IMG/VR virus record: IMGVR_UViG_3300045285_000042
Coordinates: 1 to 46,212 of that record
Strand: one strand, 5' to 3'
DNA from: a virus
Taxonomy: Duplodnaviria > Caudoviricetes
Length of the DNA: 46,212 nucleotides
Shown here one piece after another: positions 17,419 through 27,055 of this stretch. A model generated the notes under the pieces. That model worked only from the letters and a program-made list of their open reading frames with translations. It ran no database searches and was not told where the DNA came from. Every line of letters begins with the position of its first letter. The stretch's first letter is position 1. A program made the position numbers and the translations under genes.

Positions 17419-18434
17419 GAGTTTACCTCCTGTGGTGCAAATTCGCTTGTGACCATCTTGTAGCCGCTAGTCGGGTCAGTGCCTACATGGTCTGGAAACT
17501 TTTGCTCGACCTCTTGGGCAAGGTGGCCGACAAACTTCGGCCCCTTGTATCTAAATTCGTAAAGGTTAAGGCCATCTTCATCCGTGCCGACCTTCTTAAT
17601 GTCAGTCTTGAGCCTAACGTCAGAGAATGCCGTCAACAGGCCACCGGCCACACTGCCAAGTGCGCCTATCGTGCTCATCCACGGGTTGCCGCCGCTTTGG
17701 CTATTTGCCCCTGCCGCCGCTACGTTATTTGCATACGCCTGATTTCCCAAAGTTACCCCTTGGAAGCCCGCATTAGGATTGACATAAGCAAAGCTGCGGT
17801 CAGGCGACACTGGCGCTACGTAGCTTGATTGCTGGGCTATGCTTGGCGCACCAAGGAAGCTGCCAGCGTTGTTTATGCCTTGCTGGGCGTATTGCGCCCC
17901 CTGGCCAAGCCCTGTCTCGTAATTGCCAAGCCGTTGCTGTTGCAACTGCTGGCCTCTGTCGCCAAGGGCGTAGCCTTCGGCTATGCCTGCACTTGCTCCG
18001 CTGGCATTGCCACGGGCAGCTTGGCTGCCGCGTAAGCCTTGCTCAACCTGAGCCTGCTCCGGCTGGCTAAGGCTTGTGCCAAGGTTGTATTGGCCTTGCA
18101 AGCTGCTAATCAGTTTGTTGTAATCGCCTGCATACTGGCCGCCGCTGGCAAGGTCGCTGTTGACCCTGTTGCCTAAAGCGGCGTGCGTCTGTGAGTATTG
18201 CGGGTCAAGCTGGTTAAAGGCATCCAGCATCTGCTGGTATTGCGTAGGGCCGAACTCGCTTTGTAAGCCTTGCTGCTCAGCTATGCGTGTCGGGTCTTCC
18301 GAGCCACGGAACTGATCTTCGTTCTGTAGGTAGGTGGGTTGGAACCCCAGGTAAGAGTTGGTGAACTGCTTGTATAAGCTGACCGGATTCGGTGCTGGCG
18401 GTATGTTTGGTGCGCTGCTGCCTTTACTTCCCAT
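17415..18434 (-). CDS. Pilot/ejection-like protein with C-terminal peptidase S74 (intramolecular chaperone) domain
   Basis: MGSKGSSAP.IPPAP start and Gln/Gly-rich body, then FSDVRLKTDI...LYEFRY...GHLAQEVE..FPDHV. Confidence 0.8.
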   Translation of the reverse strand: MGSKGSSAPNIPPAPNPVSLYKQFTNSYLGFQPTYLQNEDQFRGSEDPTRIAEQQGLQSEFGPTQYQQMLDAFNQLDPQYSQTHAALGNRVNSDLASGGQYAGDYNKLISSLQGQYNLGTSLSQPEQAQVEQGLRGSQAARGNASGASAGIAEGYALGDRGQQLQQQRLGNYETGLGQGAQYAQQGINNAGSFLGAPSIAQQSSYVAPVSPDRSFAYVNPNAGFQGVTLGNQAYANNVAAAGANSQSGGNPWMSTIGALGSVAGGLLTAFSDVRLKTDIKKVGTDEDGLNLYEFRYKGPKFVGHLAQEVEQKFPDHVGTDPTSGYKMVTSEFAPQEVNS

Positions 18435-18438
18435 ATAT

Positions 18439-18831
18439 TTAACTTCTTAGTATCTTGAGTGAAAACTTGCGGAAATCGTAGGACTTGAGTCCTTCCGAGC
18501 GTCCGTATCGCTTGAATACAATCTTCTTTCTTACTCCGAACCTATTTACTATCTGCGCCATGAGCGGTTTCATGGACTGCTTGTTGCCTATTGTGAGGTC
18601 GATGTAGATGTTGTCGGCAGGGTCGTGGTACTCTGTCCTGCAATCGGTATAATGCTGTAGCGGCCTTGCAATCGCCATGCCTGCCGGATATCCATTTCGT
18701 CCGACCACGAGGAACAGGAAACGGTGACTAAAGGCCCACAGCAGCCAATCCCTGATGCCGCCTGCTGCCCATGCCCGTGAACATTCATAGTTGTCGGCTA
18801 CAAACTTCTCAAGCTTGTCCAGCGGGGTCAC
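18439..18831 (-). CDS. GNAT-fold-like virion assembly protein (T7 gp13 position)
   Basis: Small alpha/beta protein between the nozzle and ejection genes. Confidence 0.5.
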   Translation of the reverse strand: MTPLDKLEKFVADNYECSRAWAAGGIRDWLLWAFSHRFLFLVVGRNGYPAGMAIARPLQHYTDCRTEYHDPADNIYIDLTIGNKQSMKPLMAQIVNRFGVRKKIVFKRYGRSEGLKSYDFRKFSLKILRS

Positions 18832-20519
18832 GTAGGCAGGATGATGCCGTTGCCGTCTGTCGTGATTGGCGAGGATGGCTCTACGAAGGCGTTGGCTGTT
18901 ACTTGCCTTAACTCTTTCTTGCCTGCGCCAGACGTAGTAATTAGCAGTTGCAATTCCCTATACCGTCCACGCCTGAACAGGTCTAGCCCTTGGCGCTGTA
19001 TACCAGTGCCGGGGATGTCGAACGGAATATTGAAGGGAATAGAGAAGCCGCCTGACAACATTACAAGCGTGTCATCATCAGGGTCGTTGCTGTCGCGGGC
19101 ATCATCCAGCAGGGGCCTTGAAGTAATCACGCCCTTGCTGTTGTTCCATTCAAGCTCGTAATCCAAGCCGTGCTTGGGCGCTTTAGGGTCGCCAAAGGTC
19201 ATGGCCCTTGTCTTAATGACCGGAGCCACGTAATTACCGTTGTAATCCTGAAAGGTAGAGTCTGTGGCATCTGCGTCAGTCACGTAGTCAAGGTATTCAA
19301 TCACCTTGTCATCCGTGGCCAAGCCCATCATCAGGCTTTGTCTTACGGATGACTTGCGAATGGCAAAGCAGGCTATTGGCAGATTTGTCCAGTAACCGTT
19401 CCAGGCTGATGTAATTGTATTGTAAACAAATATGAAATTGTTGGTCGTGCTGGTGTCCAGCGGTGCAGCCAGCAGGTATTGGTTGTTCCAGAAGGTTGCC
19501 GCTGCGTTCCCTGCGTGCGTCCAGTTAATGCGCCTGATGTAATCCTGAATCGGGTAAGACAATGGCACGCTCAGATTCTCCTGGCTGTTGCTGGCGAAAG
19601 TCTGTTGCAAGCTACGTACGCCATCCTGAGACAAGAACATGACATCAGCGCCAACCTGAACGGCACTGCGTTTGGCTATGCAGCCTACTGACGGATGCAC
19701 CCTGTCAATCTCAAAGGCTGCGGGTGGTATGGTCGGGTCGGCTACTACTACCCAGCAGCTATTCCGCTTGAATACGGCAAGGTTGACCTGCGACCACGGG
19801 ACAATAGCCGTAATCTCCGAGCCATCGCCGCCGCCTACCCTGATCTGGGTTGAGTATGTTCCGCCGCCAACAGCCGCGCCCCAGTTGGCCGGGTCAAGTA
19901 TATCGCTAAAGTAAATGGCATCAGCCACAACAGCAGCATCGCCCGTGCGGGTCTTGATGCTTGCGCCTGCCGCCACTAGCCTGCCAGTGTGCCAGACTAG
20001 AATGGAAGCATTGCGGGGGGCTGAGTTGGTTGTTTCGGGCGAGCTAAGGTTAGTCCAAGCCGAGCCGTCCCATTGGTAGATGTCAGTGGCATCGCCGCAA
20101 GCGTGCATCTTATCTTCGCCAACCGCGCCAAGCACGCTGCCGCCTATGCCGCCTTGCGTCAGTGTGATTTGCCCGCTGCCGAATGTCTGCGAGCCAAGCT
20201 GCGACCAGTTTGCGCCGCTTAGCCTGAATACGCCTGTGCTTACGCCCGCGACTTCATAGGTGTTCGTGGCCGTCTGGTAATAGCCAAGGCCAGAGACTGA
20301 CGTTGGATTGCCTATCGGGTCAACGTCATTGCCTATTAAGCCTGTGCCAAAGCGGGAAAAGACTGAGCCAGTGACGCTAACGTCGCTGTCCACAATCAGG
20401 CTGGCTTGCTCAGGCTTGAGCAGCCGTGCCTTGGCATTGGAATACATGCCGCCGACAAACGTTAGACAGCCATCGGGCGTCGCGTCGGTATCCAACTGCG
20501 TGTCGAATTGCTGTGGCAT
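18828..20519 (-). CDS. Tail nozzle / DNA-stabilisation protein (P22 gp10 or T7 gp12-like beta-propeller)
   Basis: IYFSDILDP.NW, GDGSEITAI, LAVFKRNS, VGCIA..S, VMFLSQDGV, FVYNT....W. Confidence 0.8.
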   Translation of the reverse strand: MPQQFDTQLDTDATPDGCLTFVGGMYSNAKARLLKPEQASLIVDSDVSVTGSVFSRFGTGLIGNDVDPIGNPTSVSGLGYYQTATNTYEVAGVSTGVFRLSGANWSQLGSQTFGSGQITLTQGGIGGSVLGAVGEDKMHACGDATDIYQWDGSAWTNLSSPETTNSAPRNASILVWHTGRLVAAGASIKTRTGDAAVVADAIYFSDILDPANWGAAVGGGTYSTQIRVGGGDGSEITAIVPWSQVNLAVFKRNSCWVVVADPTIPPAAFEIDRVHPSVGCIAKRSAVQVGADVMFLSQDGVRSLQQTFASNSQENLSVPLSYPIQDYIRRINWTHAGNAAATFWNNQYLLAAPLDTSTTNNFIFVYNTITSAWNGYWTNLPIACFAIRKSSVRQSLMMGLATDDKVIEYLDYVTDADATDSTFQDYNGNYVAPVIKTRAMTFGDPKAPKHGLDYELEWNNSKGVITSRPLLDDARDSNDPDDDTLVMLSGGFSIPFNIPFDIPGTGIQRQGLDLFRRGRYRELQLLITTSGAGKKELRQVTANAFVEPSSPITTDGNGIILPT

Positions 20520-20990
20520 TTAGCGAATGCGTCTGGCCCGAATGAATCCGCTGGCCTTGCATGAGCCTGCCGAGAATATGGCTTGAGCCACAAGATACAT
20601 GGTAGGCGATGAGGCCGTGGTTACTCTTTGGGCGGGCAGGGCGATAGTCTGCTTGCAGGTGGTAGTGGTTAGCCTCTGTCCGTTGTAGCCGTCCGTGCTG
20701 TCGCCCTTCAGTGTTGCGCTGACGCCGCTCAGTGAAGCAGTAGAATCGCCACTCTGCGTTGCGCTGGTAAACTCAAATACTACCTGCCCTGTAATGTCCC
20801 AGTCGCCAGCCGTGAGCGCAATGCTGGTAACATTGGACGGGTTGGGGCTGGTAAGCGACGGGCCGCTGCCAAGGCCTACTGCTGATATGACTTGCTCGCC
20901 TATGTTGCCTGCCGCTGCGTCATCGGCGGCTGCCGTGCCGGTCATTTGACCAAAGTTAGAGTTTGCTGCGATTGAGCCGAATGCTGCCAT
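20520..20990 (-). CDS. Tail-fibre-tip-like beta protein
   Basis: NVTSIALTAGDWDITG...YLVAQA.F.......GFIRARRIR, a typical fibre C-terminal module. Confidence 0.6.
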   Translation of the reverse strand: MAAFGSIAANSNFGQMTGTAAADDAAAGNIGEQVISAVGLGSGPSLTSPNPSNVTSIALTAGDWDITGQVVFEFTSATQSGDSTASLSGVSATLKGDSTDGYNGQRLTTTTCKQTIALPAQRVTTASSPTMYLVAQAIFSAGSCKASGFIRARRIR

Positions 20991-20993
20991 AAA

Positions 20994-23402
20994 TTATAAG
21001 TGGAAGTTGCCTGTTACGTTGCCGGTGATGTTGCCCTGGCTTACGCCGTTAATCCATCCGGCGCTTGCTATCGGGTTTTGTTGAACTGTCAGGTTGGCGG
21101 TCGTCCATGCGGCGTTCCACGGGAATATTCCGTCTGTGTCTGATATAATCGGCCACGGGCCAGCCAATGAATCCGAGAACGCCCAGTTGCTGCCGCTGTT
21201 GGCTATGAAATGCGCCCCGTCGTCCCTGCGGTAGATTAGCTTCCGGCCAGCCAGCACATTGTAATCGCCCTGAACTGGAATATATACGCCATTGTAAGTG
21301 CTTGTGACATCGCCAACCGAAAGTCCCGACATCAGGTTAGTGGCACTCAGGCCAGTGACAGAGATTGTGTATCCGTTGCTGTCTGTCCATGTAACCACCT
21401 GGTCTGGGTAGGTAACAGTTTCAAGAGAGAAGGCTTCAGTAAGGGAATCGTCTTTGAGTAACCACGACGACCCGCTCCACTCTATCCGCTTATTGTTCGT
21501 GCTAGTGCCGACAAGGTAATACCTACGCTTGCTGTTCTGATCTGCTCCGCGAAGGTATAACCCCTCGTAGCCGGTAGTGTTGCTTGACGTAACGACCATT
21601 GCGGTATGCGTATCGGTCAAGGCGTTGTAGGTAAATGGAAGGTTCGGGGCGGTGATGGTTACGGTTACGTTGGAATTGGATTCGTTCTTCCATTGAACTA
21701 CGCCCCAAGGCGTAGATTCAGTTGCCCCTGAGTGATACAGGTTGCCGCTAGCGTTTCCAATCGTCCACGTGCTATGCTCTGTTGACCATCTTACGAAACG
21801 GGTGTTGCCTGTCTCGTATTCGTAGCCTTGAATCCGGTAAGCCGAGTGGCTATTGAAGTTGGCTACGGGCGTGTAGATGCCCTGAACGGTTGTGTCTGGT
21901 GCTGCCGTGATATTGAAGGCGTCAGTGACATTGGCCACCGTGCCTTCTGCCACTAGCGATGCCGCCAGTTCAAGCATGTTGGCGTAAGTCATCGTGGCCG
22001 GTACGCCGAGGCTGAATACGCCTTGCGTAATCAGGTCGTTAATGACAGCCATTAGCCGTTGGGCTACCTGCGTGAGCGTGGCTGCGCCTGTGTCAAAGGT
22101 TGTGCGGGCGGGCGTGCCTGTGGCTGCCGCCCAGTTTACGCCAGCGTTAGGAGCAAGCAGCTTGTTGCCGCCAGAGTTGATCTGCGGCACGTCAATCGTG
22201 CCTGTGCCGCCTGTTACGTTGGGCTTTAGGCCGTAGGCCAAGGTGGTTAACCCGCTTGTAGCAAAGTCGCTTTCAAGGATTGGCGCGTCAAGATAGTTGT
22301 CGTCCAGGCTTGAGTGGGCAATTGTCCACGCACCTCCGCGAAGAAGGTGGACTTCGATGTAGGCCAGTCCTACGCCGGGGTCGTGATAAACCCTTACGAA
22401 GTCAATGGATGGCGAAGCCGTGTTCGGGATAGAGTTACGGGTAACATTGATAATGCCCTCCGGGCTTCCTGCAATAATGGTTACATCAAGAACAGTGTCG
22501 GACGTTTGCCCATCGCCGTTGTCTGACCGAACAATGTTGAAATTGGTGCTGGCAGGATATTCGCCTTGCCAGACCCGATACCAACCCGCGCCAGTAACGC
22601 TGAATGGCGTTGTGGTGGTTCCCGGTGGCGTGGGGGTTGGCGTTGGCGGCGGGTTGCCGCTGAACGGGTTGGTAATATCCGTGAACGGGGCAAGCCTTAC
22701 AGCCGCCAGTTCAGGCGAGTATTGGTTGGTCTTTAGTATGTCAAGGCTGCCACCGCTGGTTTGCAGGGCTGTAAGCTCAACGTAATCGCCTGCCAGCATC
22801 TTCGTAACCGTGGCTACGGTTACATTGGTGGGCAAAGAAGATGTAGCCTGCGACTGTTCACTGGCAATGTCGGTTGCGCCGTTCTGCCTGATGGCAAGCT
22901 TGCGTTGGCCAGTGGCGTTAGAGGAAAACGATACGCTGCCGCTGATTGAGTAAATGCCGTCAACCAGTGCCGTGATTCGGCTTGGGTTAACTGCGCTGTC
23001 CCATTCCCCTGAGTTGAATCGCTCAGTATCAAAGCTAATGGCCGTGACAGTGTTATTGAGCAAGCTGACCGTGGAAGCCGTTGTCACCCTTGCGGCAGCC
23101 ATCATGGCCGCTCCGAAGCCGCCTACCCGCTGCCAGTGGATACCGGCATTGTCGAGTGGCGCTACGGTGTTCTCTGTGTCTGCCGTGGCTGCTCCTGATT
23201 GGAGTTGCCAGAATTGCAGGTCGCCGTCTATTACGACTTCAATGAGCGTAAGCGTGTTCAGGCTGCCGCTGGCAATCTGCTCAATGGAATTAGAGCCGCG
23301 AACTGCTGTGACATCGGGAAGGAACAGGAAACCCTGGCCAGTATCTAAGTTCTCGTTTAGGTCTGGCCCGTTATCCGGTTGCTGAATGATTCTTGATGCC
23401 AT
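20994..23402 (-). CDS. Tail fibre / receptor-binding protein with C1q/TNF-like domain
   Basis: ISFDTERFN...RITALVDGIYSISGSV...LAGDYVEL, a PT linker, and three C-terminal GxY repeats. Confidence 0.75.
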   Translation of the reverse strand: MASRIIQQPDNGPDLNENLDTGQGFLFLPDVTAVRGSNSIEQIASGSLNTLTLIEVVIDGDLQFWQLQSGAATADTENTVAPLDNAGIHWQRVGGFGAAMMAAARVTTASTVSLLNNTVTAISFDTERFNSGEWDSAVNPSRITALVDGIYSISGSVSFSSNATGQRKLAIRQNGATDIASEQSQATSSLPTNVTVATVTKMLAGDYVELTALQTSGGSLDILKTNQYSPELAAVRLAPFTDITNPFSGNPPPTPTPTPPGTTTTPFSVTGAGWYRVWQGEYPASTNFNIVRSDNGDGQTSDTVLDVTIIAGSPEGIINVTRNSIPNTASPSIDFVRVYHDPGVGLAYIEVHLLRGGAWTIAHSSLDDNYLDAPILESDFATSGLTTLAYGLKPNVTGGTGTIDVPQINSGGNKLLAPNAGVNWAAATGTPARTTFDTGAATLTQVAQRLMAVINDLITQGVFSLGVPATMTYANMLELAASLVAEGTVANVTDAFNITAAPDTTVQGIYTPVANFNSHSAYRIQGYEYETGNTRFVRWSTEHSTWTIGNASGNLYHSGATESTPWGVVQWKNESNSNVTVTITAPNLPFTYNALTDTHTAMVVTSSNTTGYEGLYLRGADQNSKRRYYLVGTSTNNKRIEWSGSSWLLKDDSLTEAFSLETVTYPDQVVTWTDSNGYTISVTGLSATNLMSGLSVGDVTSTYNGVYIPVQGDYNVLAGRKLIYRRDDGAHFIANSGSNWAFSDSLAGPWPIISDTDGIFPWNAAWTTANLTVQQNPIASAGWINGVSQGNITGNVTGNFHL

Positions 23403-23406
23403 GATA

Positions 23407-25095
23407 TTAGAAATTGGATTTGGAAAGCGGGCGGTAATCCCAACCGCAACTATCGCCTTCCACATACGGAATTACCTGCGGGTTATTGGCGTTCTGGTTG
23501 GTTTCGCCGTCTATCATAATTTGCGAGGCTGCCGTAGCCTTCTGCCTGAGCGTAGCCGCCAAAGCTGCGTTGCCCATCTTGTCGAGCATGTCGGCAGCGG
23601 CCCCGTTTATGAGGATGTTCTCAACATTACGCAATTGACAGGTATCAGCATCAGCCACTAGCGGGCTAATGGCGCGCTTGCCAAGGACAAGGTAGCTTTC
23701 GGCTGCCGTTACGTCCGTGTTGGCTGAGTTGTTGGGCAACAGCCAAAGCCGCATAAACTTGCGTTCACGCTCCTGTGCCCCTAGCCGTAGTAGGACACGC
23801 TTGCTGCTTGCGCCGTAGACCGTCATGTCGTTTCTGGTAATTGGCTTAGCAATGGTAATTGGCGTGTTGTAGGCAAATGCGGTTGAAGGCAGCACGGCAA
23901 AGGCCGTGTCGAACAGCGGCCCCGGCACTCCGCCTGCCACTGATTGCACGTCCACTGTCTCTGATAGCTCGGCGCCGTCTGTCTCACCCTTTACAAATAC
24001 TTCTGCTGTTTCCTGGAGGAAATGAGGATAGCGGGTCAACCGCCCCCCAAAGTCACCTGAACCCAGGAAAAACAGCAGATTCTCCGTGTAAGGCGGCAAA
24101 GCCGACACGCCAATGGGCGGCAGCATGGTGTAATCGGTCGGGTTGCCTACCCGTTCAAAGATGTCTTTGTCAACGTCAAAGAAGATTGATACTTCCGAGT
24201 TGCGTAGTGTGCCGGTCGGGTTCTGCTCGTCCCTGACCTCTATTACCCTGTCGAAGTAATGCGGCAGAATGATCTGCTCATTGTCAGTGGCAAATACGCG
24301 AGCCACAACGGTTGACTCAGGCCAGAGAGCCATTTCCCATAAGGTCTGGTAATTGCGTCTTACCCGTTCCTTGACTGAAATGCGAGTATCAAGCTTCCAG
24401 TCGCCAATGATGTCGCAGACTGAATCTGTAAGCTCCTCAAGGCTGTTGCCGCTTACGGTGAGCACCTTGCTCATGCGCGGCCTGGTAATTGGCGGCGTGT
24501 CGCGGGCTTGCGCGTCGGCCAGCAGCTTGTCGGCCTCTTGCATCTTAGCCCCAGCCTTGGCCACCTGCTTGAAGGTCTCAAGCAAGTCAGCGGTTACGTA
24601 AGCAATAAGAAGCTGGTCAATGTGCGGGAGGATTGGGGCAGTGGCTGTAGGGTCAAATGCCTTTTTGCCTAGCACGGTTACATTTGCCCCGCTTGTGCTT
24701 TGCAGCGGGCTAGGGGAGGGGTAAAGGGTTATCGTGCGTTGCTGTGTCGTCTGGTCGTAGAGCTCTACGTAAAACCGAGGGTCGCCATACGCGCCGTCAG
24801 CAAGGTCTATCCCTGTCTCGTAAAGAAACTCGACGCTAACCGGGTCAAGAAACTTGGAATTGTCCAGTGCATCCTGAAAATAGCGAACACTAATAACCCT
24901 GTCTATGCCGGGTATCTGGATAGGCACGCCAGATGCAACAGGCAGCGTAACGGTAACCTGCGTGCTTCGCCAGTCGAAGGCATCGTAAACATACTCGTGC
25001 CTAGACTGAGCAAACGATTGCGCGGTCGTAACCGCAAAGCTGTCTGTTCTGCCTACCTTGGTCGCTGCTACAGCCGCTATCTGGGTTAGTGTCAT
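23407..25095 (-). CDS. Head-tail adaptor-like protein with two tandem adaptor domains
   Basis: Internal duplication: MTLTQI../SLEELT.., IDRVISVR/FDRVIEVR, GDPRFY/GNPTDY, VLGKKA/VLGKRA. Confidence 0.65.
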   Translation of the reverse strand: MTLTQIAAVAATKVGRTDSFAVTTAQSFAQSRHEYVYDAFDWRSTQVTVTLPVASGVPIQIPGIDRVISVRYFQDALDNSKFLDPVSVEFLYETGIDLADGAYGDPRFYVELYDQTTQQRTITLYPSPSPLQSTSGANVTVLGKKAFDPTATAPILPHIDQLLIAYVTADLLETFKQVAKAGAKMQEADKLLADAQARDTPPITRPRMSKVLTVSGNSLEELTDSVCDIIGDWKLDTRISVKERVRRNYQTLWEMALWPESTVVARVFATDNEQIILPHYFDRVIEVRDEQNPTGTLRNSEVSIFFDVDKDIFERVGNPTDYTMLPPIGVSALPPYTENLLFFLGSGDFGGRLTRYPHFLQETAEVFVKGETDGAELSETVDVQSVAGGVPGPLFDTAFAVLPSTAFAYNTPITIAKPITRNDMTVYGASSKRVLLRLGAQERERKFMRLWLLPNNSANTDVTAAESYLVLGKRAISPLVADADTCQLRNVENILINGAAADMLDKMGNAALAATLRQKATAASQIMIDGETNQNANNPQVIPYVEGDSCGWDYRPLSKSNF

Positions 25096-25742
25096 GTAAT
25101 TAGCGTGCCATTGCCCATTATTCCAAGGGCCGAAGTGGTTAGGGTGATATACCAGTAGTTAATGCCTGTCCCAAGGGTCGTTATTCTGGGCGAAGGCGAA
25201 GAGGTCAAAACTGCCGTGTGGCCGTTTAGCTTGAAAATGATAGTGATGGTTCGTCCCACCCTGAAGTTGATCATGGGGAACGTTTCGCTTGCCGCCATGT
25301 CTCGCGTGAACACATCGGCGGCGTCCCAGTCAATAGTCTGGTTGGCGGTAAGAACTACCGGAGCGAATAGCGTGTCTTTGGGCACGGCTGCCGTGTCTGC
25401 GCCTACGCCGTTGCCTTTGCGAATGCCGGTAACTTGTGCGGGAAATCTGGTGTCATTGCCGGGAGCGGCCTGCGTGGACAATTGCCCAAGCTGGCGCAAT
25501 GATGCCGTGGAGGCTCCTGCGTTGATCGGAATCAGGCCAAGTATGTTTTCTGCCGTGCATTGCTTTAGCCCGTTTGCGCCAACGAAAAGAAAGCTGTCGG
25601 TGAAGGTCGGCAAGGTAGCCGCCTGCTCGGTGATGACTCCTGGCAGAATAGTGGCTGAGTCAACAAAGCTGTTTAGCGTAGCTGCTGATACCGCCGTGTC
25701 GCCGTCGTGGAATGTGTGGCCTTTGAGTATTTGTGCTGACAT
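25092..25742 (-). CDS. Short fibre-like structural protein
   Basis: I.KGHTF.DGDT.VSAATLN N-terminus and LRQLG..STQAAPGND.RF fibre motif. Confidence 0.6.
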   Translation of the reverse strand: MSAQILKGHTFHDGDTAVSAATLNSFVDSATILPGVITEQAATLPTFTDSFLFVGANGLKQCTAENILGLIPINAGASTASLRQLGQLSTQAAPGNDTRFPAQVTGIRKGNGVGADTAAVPKDTLFAPVVLTANQTIDWDAADVFTRDMAASETFPMINFRVGRTITIIFKLNGHTAVLTSSPSPRITTLGTGINYWYITLTTSALGIMGNGTLIT

Positions 25743-25744
25743 TG

Positions 25745-25954
25745 TTATCGTCCTTCCGCTAAAGCCGCCATGTGAATAGCTTTGACTCTGCTAGCGTTCT
25801 TTATGCCTAGCGGCTTCTGCTGGCATTCAAGGCTGTAATAGGCATCCAGCACTCGCTGGCTCATCGGCTTTTCTGATATGGCGGCGTAGCTCTCTTTTAT
25901 TTTGCCTTTATCCGTAACGGTCTTAGAGCCGTCTTTGTGGTAAATGGTTATCAT
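25745..25954 (-). CDS. Hypothetical protein
   Basis: Coupled ORF in the late operon. Confidence 0.6.
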   Translation of the reverse strand: MITIYHKDGSKTVTDKGKIKESYAAISEKPMSQRVLDAYYSLECQQKPLGIKNASRVKAIHMAALAEGR

Positions 25955-26394
25955 TTTTCTAAATACTTTGCTGCTGATCTAAGGAACTCTGGGCTGTCTC
26001 TCAGCATTCCTATTCCCGCATTGCAGTTGTGACAGAGTGCCCCGCGCACCTTGCCCGTCACATGACAATGGTCTATGTCCGTTATTGGTCTGTCGTGGCA
26101 GATTGGACACATGCCGTTGTTATGCGCCAGTAGGTCGTTTTGTTGCTCTAAGGTGAGGCCGTATAGACGCGCCCTGCGCTTGTCCTTGTAGGTTCTGTGG
26201 CGTGCGTTGTGGGCCTCTCGGTTTCTGGCCACGTATCCCTTGTATGACTTGTAATGCTTAGCCGGATTGGCTCGCTGCCAGTCGCAGGCTATTTTAGTTT
26301 TGCATTTGCGGCAGATGTTGCCGCCTTGCTTGGGGAAGTGGGCGGGGGATTGAACCCCGCCACACTTAATGCATTTCTTACTATCTAAATCCAA
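25951..26394 (-). CDS. Recombination endonuclease VII-family (His-Me finger) endonuclease
   Basis: YGLTLE...CPIC...IDHCHVTGKVRGALCHNCN.GIG..RDSP. Confidence 0.9.
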   Translation of the reverse strand: MDLDSKKCIKCGGVQSPAHFPKQGGNICRKCKTKIACDWQRANPAKHYKSYKGYVARNREAHNARHRTYKDKRRARLYGLTLEQQNDLLAHNNGMCPICHDRPITDIDHCHVTGKVRGALCHNCNAGIGMLRDSPEFLRSAAKYLEK

Positions 26395-26405
26395 CTACTT
26401 ACGGA

Positions 26406-26777
26406 TTAAAGATAATAAGTTATACTTACGTCGAACACCGCCGTAGCCGGAGCTACGATCTTGAGGCCTGTGAACTGCAACGAGGCGTCCTTGGTGTAAC
26501 CTGAGCTAATGATGGTTCCAAGGGCCGTTGAGGCTGCCTGAAACTTAACATTGCCCGCTGTGTCGGTAATCTGGATAGGGTTAGTCCCTACCGTCGAGAT
26601 TGCGACAACAACGCTGGCCACGTATGCCGTTGAGGCTGTGACCACGGTTGTTCCTGCGGTGGCGCTGATATGCACCGTGTAATGCCGCACGTATGTCTGC
26701 GCCTGTGCAGGCGTAGAGAACTGAGCGACACACAGCACGCACAAAATCGCGCCAATGTATCTGATTGCTTTTGTCAT
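26406..26777 (-). CDS. Small beta-rich protein with signal-peptide-like N-terminus
   Basis: MTKAIRYIGAILCVLCVAQFSTPAQA (AxA cleavage site). Confidence 0.65.
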   Translation of the reverse strand: MTKAIRYIGAILCVLCVAQFSTPAQAQTYVRHYTVHISATAGTTVVTASTAYVASVVVAISTVGTNPIQITDTAGNVKFQAASTALGTIISSGYTKDASLQFTGLKIVAPATAVFDVSITYYL

Positions 26778-26790
26778 TCTGGGGGTCTTT

Positions 26791-27048
26791 CTAGTAATCT
26801 GAATCTGAATTGAGTTGGTCTCTCAGCTTGCTCCCATCGTCAGAACTCCCGCCACTGTCGTCCATCGAGTTATCGACTTTGACATAGGCGTTCGGGCCTT
26901 CGATGCTTGCGACGGTTCCATGCAGGTCAACTTGGTCGCCGACCTGCGGGGCTTGTCCGTCAAGGCTAAGAGAATCCAGAGTGACGCAGACTTGTGCGCC
27001 TGCGTCACCGCTGGGGTCTTGACTGTCCGTTTGTAACGAACTGTCCAT
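26791..27048 (-). CDS. Small acidic head-associated hypothetical protein
   Basis: Directly after the capsid gene. PQVGDQV...GTVASIEG.NAYV. Confidence 0.65.
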   Translation of the reverse strand: MDSSLQTDSQDPSGDAGAQVCVTLDSLSLDGQAPQVGDQVDLHGTVASIEGPNAYVKVDNSMDDSGGSSDDGSKLRDQLNSDSDY

Positions 27049-27055
27049 TCAATCC

